Assembly (NCBI GenBank): GCA_963663255.1
Contig: OY760141.1
Span: 2,184,208-2,248,207, forward strand
Reading direction: 5' to 3'
Length of the DNA stretch: 64,000 nt
From: Acidimicrobiales bacterium
GTDB lineage: Bacteria; Actinomycetota; Acidimicrobiia; Acidimicrobiales; Bin134
Shown here piece by piece: positions 37,744-47,886 of this stretch (position 1 is its first letter; each line of letters starts with the position of its first letter). The position numbers and the translations under genes were made by a program. Under the pieces are notes generated by a model. The model had not been told where the DNA came from, did not search any database, and saw nothing but the letters and a program-made list of their open reading frames with translations.

Positions 37744-38919
37744 TCAGCTGGTCGTAAACGGCAGGTACTCATAGCGGCGGGTCGACCATCCGCCGGCGAA
37801 GCGGGCGGTCTCCTCGTCCACCGAGTAGTCCGGGAAGCGCCCCAGCAGCTCTTCGAGCGCAACCCGACACTGGAGCCGGGCCACCGACGCACCGAGGCAG
37901 TGGTGGGCGCCGTAGCCGAGGGCGACGATCTTGTCGATCTTGCGCTTGACGTCGAGCTCGTCGGCGGTGGGCCCGAACTCCCGCTCGTCTCGGTTGGCCG
38001 AACCGAACAGCAGCAGTGCCTTTTTGCCCTCAGGGATGGTGACACCGTGCAGCGTCACATCACGGGTCAATGTGCGGGCCAGGTTCTGCACAGGAGAGGT
38101 GAGCCGCAACAGCTCCTCCACCGCATTGGGGATCATCGACGGGTCGTCGATAAGCACCTGGCGCTGATTCCGATGGCGGTCGAGCAGCACTGTCGACGCG
38201 CTTAGCATTCCGGTGACGGTGTCGTTGCCGCCGGTGATCATGGTGAAGATGAACCCCACGATCCACATGGCCGAGGCAACGTCCTCGCCCTGTTGAACCA
38301 GTCCGGTCACCAGGTCGTCGCCGGGATCGGTTTTGCGGCGCTCGATGAGCCCGGTGGCGTACTCGAACAGCTCGAGGAACGCGCTGGCGTCCTGACCGTA
38401 TTCGGCAGTGGATTCGGCGGTGGCCTGCACGATGCGCTCGGTCCACCGGTCGAACAGGACCCGGTCTTCAGGGGGGACGCCCAGGTAGTGGGCGACCAGG
38501 TAGCTGGGCAGCGGCTTGAACAGGGCTTGGACGATGTCGACTTCCCCGGCGTCGGCCACCGCATCGAGTTTGTCGGTGATGAACTCCCGAACCAGGTCCT
38601 CCACCGGGGCCACCTGGCGGGGGGTCATGGGCCGGCTGACCAATCGGCGCATTGCGGTGTGCTCGGGCGGGTCCATCATCACGATGGGCCGGGCCTTCTC
38701 GTCGAAGCTGGCCATGTCGTCGGGGGCGGTGGTCAGGCCGTTGGCCGACGAATAGGTTGCGGTGTCGCGGGCCGCGGCGAAGACGTCGTCGAACCGGGAC
38801 AACACCCAGAACTGGCCGTCGCCCACCTCATGTACCGGATCTTGGTCGCGCAGGGCGCGATAGTCGGCCCAAGGCTCGGCCCAGGTCTCGCCGCTGCGGT
38901 AGGCGAATTTGACGGTCAC
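37744..38919 (-). CDS. cytochrome P450
   Basis: Heme-thiolate loop FGSANRDE...LGYGAHHCLGASVARL, I-helix ITGGNDTV, and an ExxR motif. Confidence 0.9.
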   Translation of the reverse strand: MTVKFAYRSGETWAEPWADYRALRDQDPVHEVGDGQFWVLSRFDDVFAAARDTATYSSANGLTTAPDDMASFDEKARPIVMMDPPEHTAMRRLVSRPMTPRQVAPVEDLVREFITDKLDAVADAGEVDIVQALFKPLPSYLVAHYLGVPPEDRVLFDRWTERIVQATAESTAEYGQDASAFLELFEYATGLIERRKTDPGDDLVTGLVQQGEDVASAMWIVGFIFTMITGGNDTVTGMLSASTVLLDRHRNQRQVLIDDPSMIPNAVEELLRLTSPVQNLARTLTRDVTLHGVTIPEGKKALLLFGSANRDEREFGPTADELDVKRKIDKIVALGYGAHHCLGASVARLQCRVALEELLGRFPDYSVDEETARFAGGWSTRRYEYLPFTTS

Positions 38920-38923
38920 TGAG

Positions 38924-40726
38924 TTAGCTCAGCTCGAGGCCTTGCAGGCTGCCCTCTTCGCGCCAGGCCTTGAGGAGCTTGAAGAACTCCTGGGCCCCGC
39001 CGCCGTAGGTGCCGCCGAACCAGCCGGGGCCGTCGTCGGGCTTGCCCTCGTTGTTGTAGTAGCCGGGAGTGCACGACTCCAAGAAGCCGGCCCGGCGATA
39101 GGCCGATTCCATGATCAGCCGCACCCAGTCGGCCTCGGCCTGCTCGGTGGGCTCGACCACCTCGGCCCCCGCCGACAGGCCCTTCTCGACGATGTAGGCC
39201 ACATGCTGGCTCTGCTCGTTGTAGAGCTCGGTGAAGTTGGGCGAAACCCCCGACTGGATGCCGCCCATGTGCAAAAGGTTGGGGTATCCCCGGGTGACCA
39301 CCCCGTGGTAGGTGGACATGCCGTCTTTCCACCGCTCGCTCAGCGTCACCCCGCCCCGGCCGTAGATATCGCAGTTGGCCCGGTGGGAGTAGTCGGTGCC
39401 CACCTCGAACCCGGTGGCAAAGATGAGGCAGTCCAGCTCGTACTCCTGGCCGCCGGCCACCAGGCCCCGAGGGGTGATGCGCTCTACGCCCTGGCCGTTG
39501 GTGTCCACCAGCGTGACGTTGTCGCGGTTGAAGGTGGGCAGATAGTCGTCGTGGAAGCAGGGCCGCTTGCAGAACTGCCGGTAGTACGGCTTGAGCGCGT
39601 CGGCGATGGACGAGTCTTCGATCAGCTCGTCGACCCGGCGGCGGATCTGCTCCATCTTCTGGAAGTCGGCCATCTCCATGGCCTCGGCGATCTCCTCGGG
39701 CGTGCCGAGGCGGGTGCCCTCGCCCAGGGCGGTGAGGTTGCGCAAGATGTCGGTCCAGCCGTCGCTGACCAGGTCTTCCTCCTGCATGCTGCCGGCCACG
39801 ATGTTGCCGAAGTTCTCTATGCGTTGCTGCTGCCAGCCGGGCTCCAGTGACATGGCCCAATCGGGGTCGGTGGGCCGGTTGCCCCGCACGTCGATGGACG
39901 ACGGGGTCCGCTGGAACACGTACAGGTGCTGGGCGGCCTCGCCCACATGGGGGATGCACTGCACCGCGGTGGCGCCGGTGCCGATCACACCGATCACCTT
40001 GTCGGACAGCTTGGTAAGGCCCCCGTTGGTGTCACCGCCGGTGTATTCGTAGTCCCACCGGCTGGTGTGGAAAGAGTGGCCCTCGAAGGTGTCGATACCA
40101 GCGATGCCGGGCAGCTTGGGTCGGCTGAGCGGCCCGATGGCCATGATCACGAACCGGGCCCGCATCCGATCGTTGTGGTTGGTGTGCAGGACCCAGCGGT
40201 TGTCGGTGTCGTCCCAGTGCATCTCATGGACTCGGGTGCCGAAGCACACATCGCGGTACAGGTCGAAGTGGCGGCCCAGAGCCTTGCAGTGCTCCAGGAT
40301 CTCGGGCCCGTAGGAGTACTTCTCCTTGGGCATGTAGCCCATCTCCTCCAGCATGGGCAGGTAGATGTACGACTCGATGTCGCACTGCACGCCGGGGTAC
40401 TGGTTCCAGTACCAGGTGCCGCCGAACTCGGCCCCGGTCTCGATCATCCGGATGCTCTCCACCCCGAACTGGCGCAGCCGGGCACCGGCCAACAGCCCGC
40501 TGAACCCGGTGCCGATGATGACCACGTCCACCTCGTCGGTGAGCGGCTCCCGTTTGATCCCGGCTTGGGCCGGGTCGTCCAGATAGCGGGAATACTCGCC
40601 GTCCATGGCGAGGTACTGATCGTTGCCTTCGGCCCGGAGGCGCTTGTCCCGCTCCTGGCGGTACTTCTCCCGGAGGGCATCGGGGTCAAAGTCCATCCTG
40701 GTGTCGGAAGAGAGAGTGTCGCTCAT
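38924..40726 (-). CDS. Baeyer-Villiger (flavin-containing) monooxygenase
   Basis: FAD site VVIIGTGFSGLLAG, BVMO fingerprint FEGHSFHTSRWD, and second Rossmann site VIGTGATAVQ. Confidence 0.9.
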   Translation of the reverse strand: MSDTLSSDTRMDFDPDALREKYRQERDKRLRAEGNDQYLAMDGEYSRYLDDPAQAGIKREPLTDEVDVVIIGTGFSGLLAGARLRQFGVESIRMIETGAEFGGTWYWNQYPGVQCDIESYIYLPMLEEMGYMPKEKYSYGPEILEHCKALGRHFDLYRDVCFGTRVHEMHWDDTDNRWVLHTNHNDRMRARFVIMAIGPLSRPKLPGIAGIDTFEGHSFHTSRWDYEYTGGDTNGGLTKLSDKVIGVIGTGATAVQCIPHVGEAAQHLYVFQRTPSSIDVRGNRPTDPDWAMSLEPGWQQQRIENFGNIVAGSMQEEDLVSDGWTDILRNLTALGEGTRLGTPEEIAEAMEMADFQKMEQIRRRVDELIEDSSIADALKPYYRQFCKRPCFHDDYLPTFNRDNVTLVDTNGQGVERITPRGLVAGGQEYELDCLIFATGFEVGTDYSHRANCDIYGRGGVTLSERWKDGMSTYHGVVTRGYPNLLHMGGIQSGVSPNFTELYNEQSQHVAYIVEKGLSAGAEVVEPTEQAEADWVRLIMESAYRRAGFLESCTPGYYNNEGKPDDGPGWFGGTYGGGAQEFFKLLKAWREEGSLQGLELS

Positions 40727-40746
40727 AGCTCACTACGATAGAACCC

Positions 40747-41205
40747 ATGACCTTCGAGGCCCGATTCGACTTGAGCGATGTGCATTGGACCCACATGGAA
40801 GGGGGCCCGGAGTTCGACTATCCCATCGAATACGACGTGGCCGTGCTGGGCTCGCAGCCCGAAAACGGGACGCTCGACCTGCTGGTTCGCTTCGCCCCCA
40901 ACTCCCATTGCCACTTCCACCGCCATGTGGCCGCTACCCGGACGCTGGTGCTCCAGGGCGAGCACCACGTGTTCGACATCGAGCCCCACGGCGAGACCGT
41001 CCACAAGATCAAGCCCGCCGGCACCTACGGCCAGAGCCCCGGTGGGGAGGTTCACATGGAGCGGGGGGGTCCCGACGGGGCCATCGTGCTGTTCAACCTC
41101 CACTCCCCCACCGGCGTGCTGTTCGAGTCGCTCGACGCGGACCACAACATCTCCGCCGTGTCCACCATTGAGTCGATGTCGGAGGGCCCCCTGATGGGGG
41201 GCTAG
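40747..41205 (+). CDS. cupin-fold protein (ChrR-like cupin)
   Basis: 152 aa. HCHFHRHVAATRTLVLQGEH and GGEVHME are cupin motifs 1 and 2. Coding is GC3-rich. Confidence 0.6.
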   Translation: MTFEARFDLSDVHWTHMEGGPEFDYPIEYDVAVLGSQPENGTLDLLVRFAPNSHCHFHRHVAATRTLVLQGEHHVFDIEPHGETVHKIKPAGTYGQSPGGEVHMERGGPDGAIVLFNLHSPTGVLFESLDADHNISAVSTIESMSEGPLMGG

Positions 41206-41213
41206 AGCTCCGC

Positions 41214-41783
41214 TTAGCCCCGAGGCTCTCCCATCAGGCCCTTCCGGGTGTAGGTGATGTCGGAGCGGTCGCGGTAGCCGATGGTGAAGTCGTCGTCGTA
41301 GGGGAACGAGTAATTGAGGGTAAGGGTATAGCGCCATTCGAAAGCGCAGATGCGGGTGGCGATCAGCCAAGGTCCTCCGTCGCGCCGCTCAAACCGGTCC
41401 ACGTAGCGCAGGCCCATGCGCATGTCGGAGCCCGGCCCCTCCTCGGTGGGATGCACCACGTGGTGGGCGTTGCAGTAGGTCTCCCCGAAGGCCACGTCCC
41501 CCTCCAGTTGGATGCGGGACTGGCCTAACAGGTGCTGGGTGTAGTCGAAGGCCGCGAGCACCTCCAGCACCCAGTCGGCGAACTCCACCGGGCTGCCGCG
41601 GAAGTTGTTGTGGTCGTCGAACCCGTCGGGGTGATAGCCGGAGATGATCAGCTCTTTGTCGAGCCGGTCGGTGCCCCGAGCCACCCGGTGGATGGTGTCG
41701 GTGATCTCGTCCTTGTCGACCAGGGATTGGAGCCGGGGATCCAGTTCAGCCCTTGATTGATCAGCCCCAGTTTGATCAGCCAC
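41214..41783 (-). CDS. SnoaL-like / NTF2-fold protein
   Basis: DEITDTIHRVARGTDRLDKELIISGYHPDGFDDH fits the SnoaL_4 pattern. It overlaps the upstream bicupin gene by 8 nt. Confidence 0.7.
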   Translation of the reverse strand: MADQTGADQSRAELDPRLQSLVDKDEITDTIHRVARGTDRLDKELIISGYHPDGFDDHNNFRGSPVEFADWVLEVLAAFDYTQHLLGQSRIQLEGDVAFGETYCNAHHVVHPTEEGPGSDMRMGLRYVDRFERRDGGPWLIATRICAFEWRYTLTLNYSFPYDDDFTIGYRDRSDITYTRKGLMGEPRG

Positions 41784-42729
41784 TGCCCACCCCGACCATC
41801 ACCGCCGAGAGGGTAAAGGGGCCGTCACCGGTGTTTCGCCAGGCGTGCTCGGTGCCCCGCTGGATCACGCAGTCACCGGCGGCGAGGTGTACCGGGGGCT
41901 GGCCGGGCAACTCCAGATCTACCGTGCCCTGGGTGATCCGCACGAAGTCGATGGTGGGAGTCTGGTGCATCATGGCCGCCCGGTCGGCCATGGCCGCCGG
42001 GATGGTCACGTGCTTCCAGGTGATCCCTCCGCCGGGCGGGTTGAGCTGCATTTCCGACACCGGGGCATCACCGCCCTGGAGCTCGCTGGCCACCGGAGCG
42101 AACGTGTGCCACAGCTCGGCGGTTACCAGCCCGCCGTCTGATTGAGTGGCGGTTCCGGGTGGCCCGTCGGCGCGCACCCCGTCGCCGTCGGTAACGATCC
42201 GCCGAGGACCCACGGTGCCGGTCGACGCCCCGGCAAACCCGGGATCGGCGCCGTCGGTGGCGGCCAGCATGGTGGCGCTGAACACGCAGGGCTCGTCGCC
42301 GATCACTATCCAGCGATGCCAGGTGCCCCGCTGGATAACGCAGTCGCCCGCTTCGAGCTCCACCCAATGGTCATTCAGCTCCAAGCGGATCTGGCCTGCG
42401 ATGATCTCGATGAAATCGATGGTGGGGGTGGCGTGAAAGCCGACCCGGTCTTGGTCGAACCGAGGGTCGTCGAGCGGGCCGATGGCCTTTCCCCCCGAGG
42501 GCTTCAGCGTGAAGAAGCGCCACGAAATCCCCCCGGGCGGAGGGACGAAGTCCTTGCGGTCGGCCGGCTCCTCCCCGCCGTCGTCCACGGTGACGGGATG
42601 CTGACCGACGTACCACATGCTGGCCGTGCTCCGTCCCAAGAAGCTCGACTCAGCCTGTCCGTCGGAGATGATGACCGGTGCTCCCGATGCGTCGTGACCG
42701 GTTACGATTCGCCGCCTTGTGAATGCCAT
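41776..42729 (-). CDS. bicupin protein
   Basis: There are two internally similar halves, each containing GDCVIQRGT.H.W. Internal start MAFTRRRIVTGHD at 42729. Confidence 0.7.
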   Translation of the reverse strand: MAFTRRRIVTGHDASGAPVIISDGQAESSFLGRSTASMWYVGQHPVTVDDGGEEPADRKDFVPPPGGISWRFFTLKPSGGKAIGPLDDPRFDQDRVGFHATPTIDFIEIIAGQIRLELNDHWVELEAGDCVIQRGTWHRWIVIGDEPCVFSATMLAATDGADPGFAGASTGTVGPRRIVTDGDGVRADGPPGTATQSDGGLVTAELWHTFAPVASELQGGDAPVSEMQLNPPGGGITWKHVTIPAAMADRAAMMHQTPTIDFVRITQGTVDLELPGQPPVHLAAGDCVIQRGTEHAWRNTGDGPFTLSAVMVGVGSG

Positions 42730-42756
42730 TCGGCAACCGTAGCTACCCTCTGGGAT

Positions 42757-43545
42757 GTGGTGGACATCGGCTCCTTCATCAAGCAATCAATCAAGTGCTG
42801 GCAGGAGGGCGAGGGCGGCACCGGCGCGGCGGAGATCGCCTTCTGGTCGGCGGTGTCGCTGTTCCCCGCCGCCGTGGCCGCGGCCGCCATCGCCTCGACG
42901 GTTCGGGCGGTTTCGGATCGGATCGCCGACCGGTTCAACGAGTGGCTGGCCGACGCCGGGCAGACCGCGCTCAGCGACGTGGACAGCACCATCGGCGAGG
43001 AGTTCGCCGACGTAGTGTCGGCGCCGGTGGCCGCCACGTCCATCGCCGCGGTGGTCGCGGTGTGGGGCACCATGAGGGCCGCGGCCGCCGCCTGCCGGGC
43101 TGTCCGCCGAGTGAGGGGCGAATCCCGCCGGTCGTGGTGGTTGGAGAGACTTGCCGGATTCTGGCTTCTGATCGGGGCCGTTCCTCTGATAGCCGGTCCC
43201 ACCGCGATTGCGGTGTGGGTCGATCCCCGGCTGGCCCCGGTGGTCGGATTCGTGGCCGCAGTGGCCGTGTTCTCCCTCGTGCAAAAAGTGGCCTGCCCCC
43301 GCCAGCCATTGCGCCATCACCTGATCGGCGGCCTGGTCTCAGCCATCTGGTTCTCGGTGATATCAACCATCGCCGCATTAGCCGTGAACTGGACGGTCGG
43401 CGGCACCGCCATCACCGTGGCCACCGCCGGAACCCTGGCCGCCCTCAGCTGGCTATGGGCCGCCGCCTGCGGCGTTACCGCCGGAGCCGCGGTGGCCGGC
43501 GCCCTCGATCAGCGCAACGGAGCTACATCGGCTCCCACGGGTTGA
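42757..43545 (+). CDS. YihY/BrkB family membrane protein
   Basis: AAEIAFWSAVSLFPAAVA is followed by multiple hydrophobic helices. The start (GTG 42757 or 42760) was chosen to avoid the antisense overlap with the bicupin gene. Confidence 0.6.
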   Translation: MVDIGSFIKQSIKCWQEGEGGTGAAEIAFWSAVSLFPAAVAAAAIASTVRAVSDRIADRFNEWLADAGQTALSDVDSTIGEEFADVVSAPVAATSIAAVVAVWGTMRAAAAACRAVRRVRGESRRSWWLERLAGFWLLIGAVPLIAGPTAIAVWVDPRLAPVVGFVAAVAVFSLVQKVACPRQPLRHHLIGGLVSAIWFSVISTIAALAVNWTVGGTAITVATAGTLAALSWLWAAACGVTAGAAVAGALDQRNGATSAPTG

Positions 43546-43657
43546 GACCCAAACACCCTGCCATTTGGCTGACACTCGAAATCGCTCCAATCCACTGGCC
43601 ATCGGTGTCGCTTTAGGAGATGGGCTACCGCAAACAGGCGTGGGGTACGGTCAGGAT

Positions 43658-44002
43658 ATGACCGAACCTCGTCAACCTGATGTGCTCAGCCGCCTGCCCA
43701 TTCCGGAGGAAGTCCGCGACGACGTGATGGAGATGTTGAGGGTCGGACCCTCGGCGGTGTGGGGGCGGCCGGTGCTGAATCGCCGGGAGCGCAGCTTGGC
43801 CACCATCGCCATGATGACTGCTCTGGGCAACGAGTTCGCCATCCGCGAGCACATCATCATGGGCTTGGACTCCTTCGGCCTCAGCCGAGAGGAGATCCTT
43901 GAGGTCATGATCCAGGCCGCCATCTACGCCGGATTCCCCGCGGCCATGAAAGCCTTCGAGATCGCTACTGACATCTTCGCCGAACGCGACGCCGCTGACT
44001 GA
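43658..44002 (+). CDS. carboxymuconolactone decarboxylase (AhpD-like) family protein
   Basis: LNRRERSLATIAMMTALGN...EEILEVMIQAAIYAGFPAAM fits the CMD-family helix pattern. No CxxC motif is present. Confidence 0.75.
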   Translation: MTEPRQPDVLSRLPIPEEVRDDVMEMLRVGPSAVWGRPVLNRRERSLATIAMMTALGNEFAIREHIIMGLDSFGLSREEILEVMIQAAIYAGFPAAMKAFEIATDIFAERDAAD

Positions 44003-44023
44003 GACAAAAGGCTGTCGGCAACA

Positions 44024-44920
44024 ATGGTGAACATGCGCCGTCATCCCGTCGGCCCTCGGGTCATGCGCCGGCTGCCCGATGGCTGGGAGCCAGCCCAGTT
44101 CGAGCGCTTCGAAGTTTCCTCGGTGGCCCCCACCATTGGCGCTGAGCTGACCGGCCTGTCGCTGGAAGACGTGGATGACGGGCTGTTCGCCGAGTTAGAA
44201 CGGGCGCTGTTGGAGTGGAAGGTGCTGATCGTCCGAGACCAGGGCATCGATAGCGCCGCCCAAGGGGCGCTGGCCCGCCGCTGGGGACCGCTCACCGACG
44301 ATCAGCTGATACCCAACCCCGGCACCGCCGCCCAAACTGATGCGATCACATTCGAACGCAACGACGCTGTCGCCGGCCTTGAGAACATGTGGCACACCGA
44401 CGGCACGTTTCGCGAGCATCCGCCGGTGTGCACCATCTTGAGGGCCATCGAGATCCCTGAGGTCGGAGGCGACACGCTGTTCGCCGATATGGCCGCTGCC
44501 TGGGACAACCTCGATCAGGAACTACAAGAGCGGGTAACTGCCCTGTCGGCCCGTCATGACTGGAGCATCGGGGCCTATGCCGACAAGTACGGCGAGGAGT
44601 TGGACAAGCTACGGACCGAGGTCCCTCCCGTCGTCCACCCAGTGGCCCGTCCCCACCCCCGCACCGGACGGCTCACCTTGTTCGTGAACGCTGGGTTCAC
44701 CACTGAATTGATCGACAACCACGGCCAACCGATCGACGACAGCGACGAACTGCTCAACCAGCTCTGCCGCCAAGCCGAGATCCCCGAATACCACTGCCGA
44801 GTCCGCTGGGCGCCAAACACCGTGGTCATCTGGGACAACCAAGCCGTCCAGCACTACGGCGCCAACGACTACTACCCCACCCGCCGCATCATGGCCCGCG
44901 CCTCGGTTTCGGGAGGGTGA
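44024..44920 (+). CDS. TauD/TfdA family Fe(II)/2-oxoglutarate dioxygenase
   Basis: WHTDGTF (H-x-D facial triad), GGDTLFADM, and C-terminal VIWDNQAVQH. Confidence 0.85.
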   Translation: MVNMRRHPVGPRVMRRLPDGWEPAQFERFEVSSVAPTIGAELTGLSLEDVDDGLFAELERALLEWKVLIVRDQGIDSAAQGALARRWGPLTDDQLIPNPGTAAQTDAITFERNDAVAGLENMWHTDGTFREHPPVCTILRAIEIPEVGGDTLFADMAAAWDNLDQELQERVTALSARHDWSIGAYADKYGEELDKLRTEVPPVVHPVARPHPRTGRLTLFVNAGFTTELIDNHGQPIDDSDELLNQLCRQAEIPEYHCRVRWAPNTVVIWDNQAVQHYGANDYYPTRRIMARASVSGG

Positions 44921-44930
44921 AGCTCTCTGC

Positions 44931-45788
44931 TTAGGCCTTCGCGGTGAATACCCAGCGGCCTTCGGCGTTGGACAGGTGGCCGCAGCTGGGGCCGGCGAAG
45001 TGGGTGCCGAAGATGAGGATGCCGGAGTCGGCGTAACGGTCGCGGAACTCCACTCGGGTGGCAGAGGCCCGGGGTGGATCGTCGTCGGCGGTCATCACCC
45101 ACTCGGGGGCGACGAACTGCACGGGGTGGTGGACGAGATCGCCGGTTATCACAGCTTCCTGGCCTGCGGAGGAGATGCGCACGCTGACATGGCCGGGGGT
45201 GTGACCGGGCGAGGGCTCCAGGTTGATCTCATCGGTCACCGCATGGTCGCTGCCGACAAGGTCGGCTAACCCCGCTTCCAGTACCGGGCGCACGGCGTCG
45301 CCGAATGTGACGGCGGCACCCTCGGCGCCGGAGTCCCAGTATTCGTACTCGGTGCGGTTGAACAGGTAGCGGGCGTTGGGGAAGGTGGGCACCCACTCCC
45401 CGTCAACCATGATGGTGTTCCAGCCCACATGGTCGAAGTGCAGGTGGGTACACAGCACGATGTCGATGTCTTCGGGCTCGTAGCCCGCGGCGGCCAGCTC
45501 GTCGAGGAAACCGTTGCCCAAGTGGCTCATCTGGGGGACCATCTCGATGGGGCGGTTGCCGATGCAGGTGTCCACCATGATGGTCTGGCCCTCCGACTCC
45601 AGCACTAGGGCGTGGATGGACAGAGCCAGGTCGCCGGACTCGTCCAGGAAGTGGGGGGCCAGCCAGTCGGCGTTGGCCTCGAACACCGCCATGTCGGGTT
45701 CGACATACATGCCCTCGGCCGGAACCGGTTGCAGGGTCTCCCGCACCAGCATGACCTTTACGTCCCCGATCTGGGTTGTCAGTGCCAT
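44931..45788 (-). CDS. MBL-fold metallo-hydrolase
   Basis: The ATG at 45788 is preceded by GGAGGA. The HxHxDH motif is CTHLHFDHVGWN. Confidence 0.85.
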   Translation of the reverse strand: MALTTQIGDVKVMLVRETLQPVPAEGMYVEPDMAVFEANADWLAPHFLDESGDLALSIHALVLESEGQTIMVDTCIGNRPIEMVPQMSHLGNGFLDELAAAGYEPEDIDIVLCTHLHFDHVGWNTIMVDGEWVPTFPNARYLFNRTEYEYWDSGAEGAAVTFGDAVRPVLEAGLADLVGSDHAVTDEINLEPSPGHTPGHVSVRISSAGQEAVITGDLVHHPVQFVAPEWVMTADDDPPRASATRVEFRDRYADSGILIFGTHFAGPSCGHLSNAEGRWVFTAKA

Positions 45789-45790
45789 GG

Positions 45791-46693
45791 TTATCCTCCG
45801 ATCTTGTCCAGGACTTCGCCCTGGTAGCGGCCGACAAAACGCCGGATGTCGTCGATGTCGGTGCTCCCCGACTCGGCGGCCGACACGATCAGCCGGTCGA
45901 GGCCCGATTGGGCGTACTTCTCGATGAGACCCAGGTCGAACGACCCGCCTCGCTGGTAGCTGCCCGGCCACACAGTCATCTCGATGGCGTCGGGGTTCCG
46001 ACCGTGTTCAGCCGCGGTGGCCCGGATTGTGGCCACCCGGTCGGCGTAGTCCCCCGGAGAGATCACATAGGGATAGAACCCGTCGCCGATGCGCCCGGCT
46101 CGCCGGGCGGCCCGGCCGGTGCTCCCGCCGATGACGATGGGCGGGCCGCCGGGCTGGGCCGGATTGGGCAAGCTCTCGCACTCGGAGAAGCTCACCGCGT
46201 TGGATTCGTAGGTGCGGTAGCCGGGAGCCCATAGCTCTCGCAGGGCGCCGATGCATTCGTCGAGCCGCTCGCCACGGCCCTCGTAGGGCACCCCGCAGGC
46301 GTCGTACTCCTCGACCTGCCAACCGCTGCCCACCCCGAGGATCACCCGGCCGCCGCTTAGGGCGTCAAGAGTTGCCACCCGCTTGGCCATCACCGCCGGC
46401 GGGTGCAGGGGCAGCACCACTACCCCTGTGCCCAGCCGCACCCGCTCGGTAACTGAGGCCATGAAGGCCAGCATCTCCAGCGGGTCGGGCATCACCACAC
46501 CGGGAGCGCCGGGCATGCGGCCCGATTCCGAGTAGGAGTAGCGGGGCTCGTAGTCGTTGGCCACCACCACGTGCTCCACCGTCCAAATCGACTCCACACC
46601 CTCTTCGTCCATCGCTTGGGCGAACTGGGTGACCCAGCGGGGATCGGTGATGACCGACTCGTGCATGTGGGGAAGGACTCCAAGGCTGACCAT
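45791..46693 (-). CDS. LLM-class (luciferase-like) F420/flavin-dependent oxidoreductase
   Basis: The internal start MVSLGVLPHM gives VESIWTVEHVV and GRVILGVGSGW, both typical LLM motifs. Confidence 0.8.
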   Translation of the reverse strand: MVSLGVLPHMHESVITDPRWVTQFAQAMDEEGVESIWTVEHVVVANDYEPRYSYSESGRMPGAPGVVMPDPLEMLAFMASVTERVRLGTGVVVLPLHPPAVMAKRVATLDALSGGRVILGVGSGWQVEEYDACGVPYEGRGERLDECIGALRELWAPGYRTYESNAVSFSECESLPNPAQPGGPPIVIGGSTGRAARRAGRIGDGFYPYVISPGDYADRVATIRATAAEHGRNPDAIEMTVWPGSYQRGGSFDLGLIEKYAQSGLDRLIVSAAESGSTDIDDIRRFVGRYQGEVLDKIGG

Positions 46694-46805
46694 GGGCAGA
46701 AGATTACGCACTGCCCGCCCGGCGCGGGCCACTGCGCCCCAGAGGGGCCAACCAACACGAGCGGGAAACAAACTCTCAAAGGAACTGACGGGTTAGCTTC
46801 GTGGA

Positions 46806-47882
46806 ATGCCGGATCATCTGGTGATCGACGTGGACGGCCATGTTTTTGAGCCCGACGAGCTGTGGGAGCGGTATCTGCCTACCCAGTTCCACGAACTGCG
46901 GCCCCGGCTGATCACCGATGATCGGGGAACCACCCGGTATGTGATCGAGGACAAGGTGATCCCTCCGGGCACGGGCACAGGGGCCTGGGCTCCCGAGGGC
47001 ATCCGGGAGTCGACAACCCTCCGCGAGGGCGGAGTGGACCCCGGGCTGCGGCTGGCCGACATGGATACTGAGGGAATAGACATCGCCGTGCTGTACGGGG
47101 CCATGTCGCTCGGCCTGTACGCCGGTTCAGACCGAGACCTCACCGTCGCCTGTTGCCGGGCCTACAACAATTGGCTGGCCGACTGGTGCTCCGCCGACCC
47201 CAAGCGGCTGCGGGGCACTCCGGCACTGCCGCTGAAGTGGATGGATGAGGCGGTGGCCGAGGCCGAGCGGTGCGTGACCGAGTTGGGATTCGTTTCGCTG
47301 ACCGTGCCCTGCGCGGTGGGCGACCGCAACCCCGACCACCCCGACAACGATCCCCTCTACGACCTGGCCGAACAGCTCGACGTCCCACTGGGGTTCCACG
47401 CCGGGGGCTGCCGGTTCGCCAATGGCCGATTTACCGACGCCTACGCCCAGCTCCACGTGATCGAGTTCCCGTTCAACCTGATGTTCGCGGCCACCACGCT
47501 GATCTGCGGTGGGGTGTTCGAGCGGTTCAAGCAGCTGCGGGTGGCCCTGTTGGAGGGCGGGGTGGGCTGGGTGCCCCACACGGTGGAACGCCTCAACGAG
47601 CACTACGAATACCGAAGCCACGAGTTCGACGCCATCACCAAGCCGCCTAGCGAGTATCTGGACGATGGGCGGCTGTTCGTGTCCACCGAGGGTGAGGACG
47701 GGCTCCCGCAGGTGATCGAGCAGATCGGCAGCGACATCATCGTGTGGGCGTCGGACTACCCCCACTGGGACAGCGACTTCCCTGCCAGCGTGTCAGGCGT
47801 CACCGACCGCGCTGATTTGGACGCTCACTCCAAGCAGGCCATGTTCGAGGCCAACCCCAAGCGGCTCTTCGGATGGGATTGA
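46806..47882 (+). CDS. amidohydrolase family protein (amidohydrolase_2)
   Basis: VIDVDGHVFEP N-terminal metal site, with a later SDYPHWD motif. It is the first gene of the three-gene unit that ends with the UGSC gene. Confidence 0.8.
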   Translation: MPDHLVIDVDGHVFEPDELWERYLPTQFHELRPRLITDDRGTTRYVIEDKVIPPGTGTGAWAPEGIRESTTLREGGVDPGLRLADMDTEGIDIAVLYGAMSLGLYAGSDRDLTVACCRAYNNWLADWCSADPKRLRGTPALPLKWMDEAVAEAERCVTELGFVSLTVPCAVGDRNPDHPDNDPLYDLAEQLDVPLGFHAGGCRFANGRFTDAYAQLHVIEFPFNLMFAATTLICGGVFERFKQLRVALLEGGVGWVPHTVERLNEHYEYRSHEFDAITKPPSEYLDDGRLFVSTEGEDGLPQVIEQIGSDIIVWASDYPHWDSDFPASVSGVTDRADLDAHSKQAMFEANPKRLFGWD

Positions 47883-47886
47883 GCCG

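Noticed and set aside
42142-42756. The first ~205 codons of the 467-aa ORF 42142..43545 as part of the YihY-like gene.
   Set aside because: This part is antisense to the well-supported bicupin gene and is Gly/Arg/Pro-rich with no membrane helices. The YihY-like sequence begins only around 42757.
43658-44002. The AhpD/CMD-family gene as a fourth selenoprotein, since AhpD-like Sec proteins exist.
   Set aside because: The ORF is uninterrupted, of normal length, and has no CxxC/UxxC motif or in-frame TGA.
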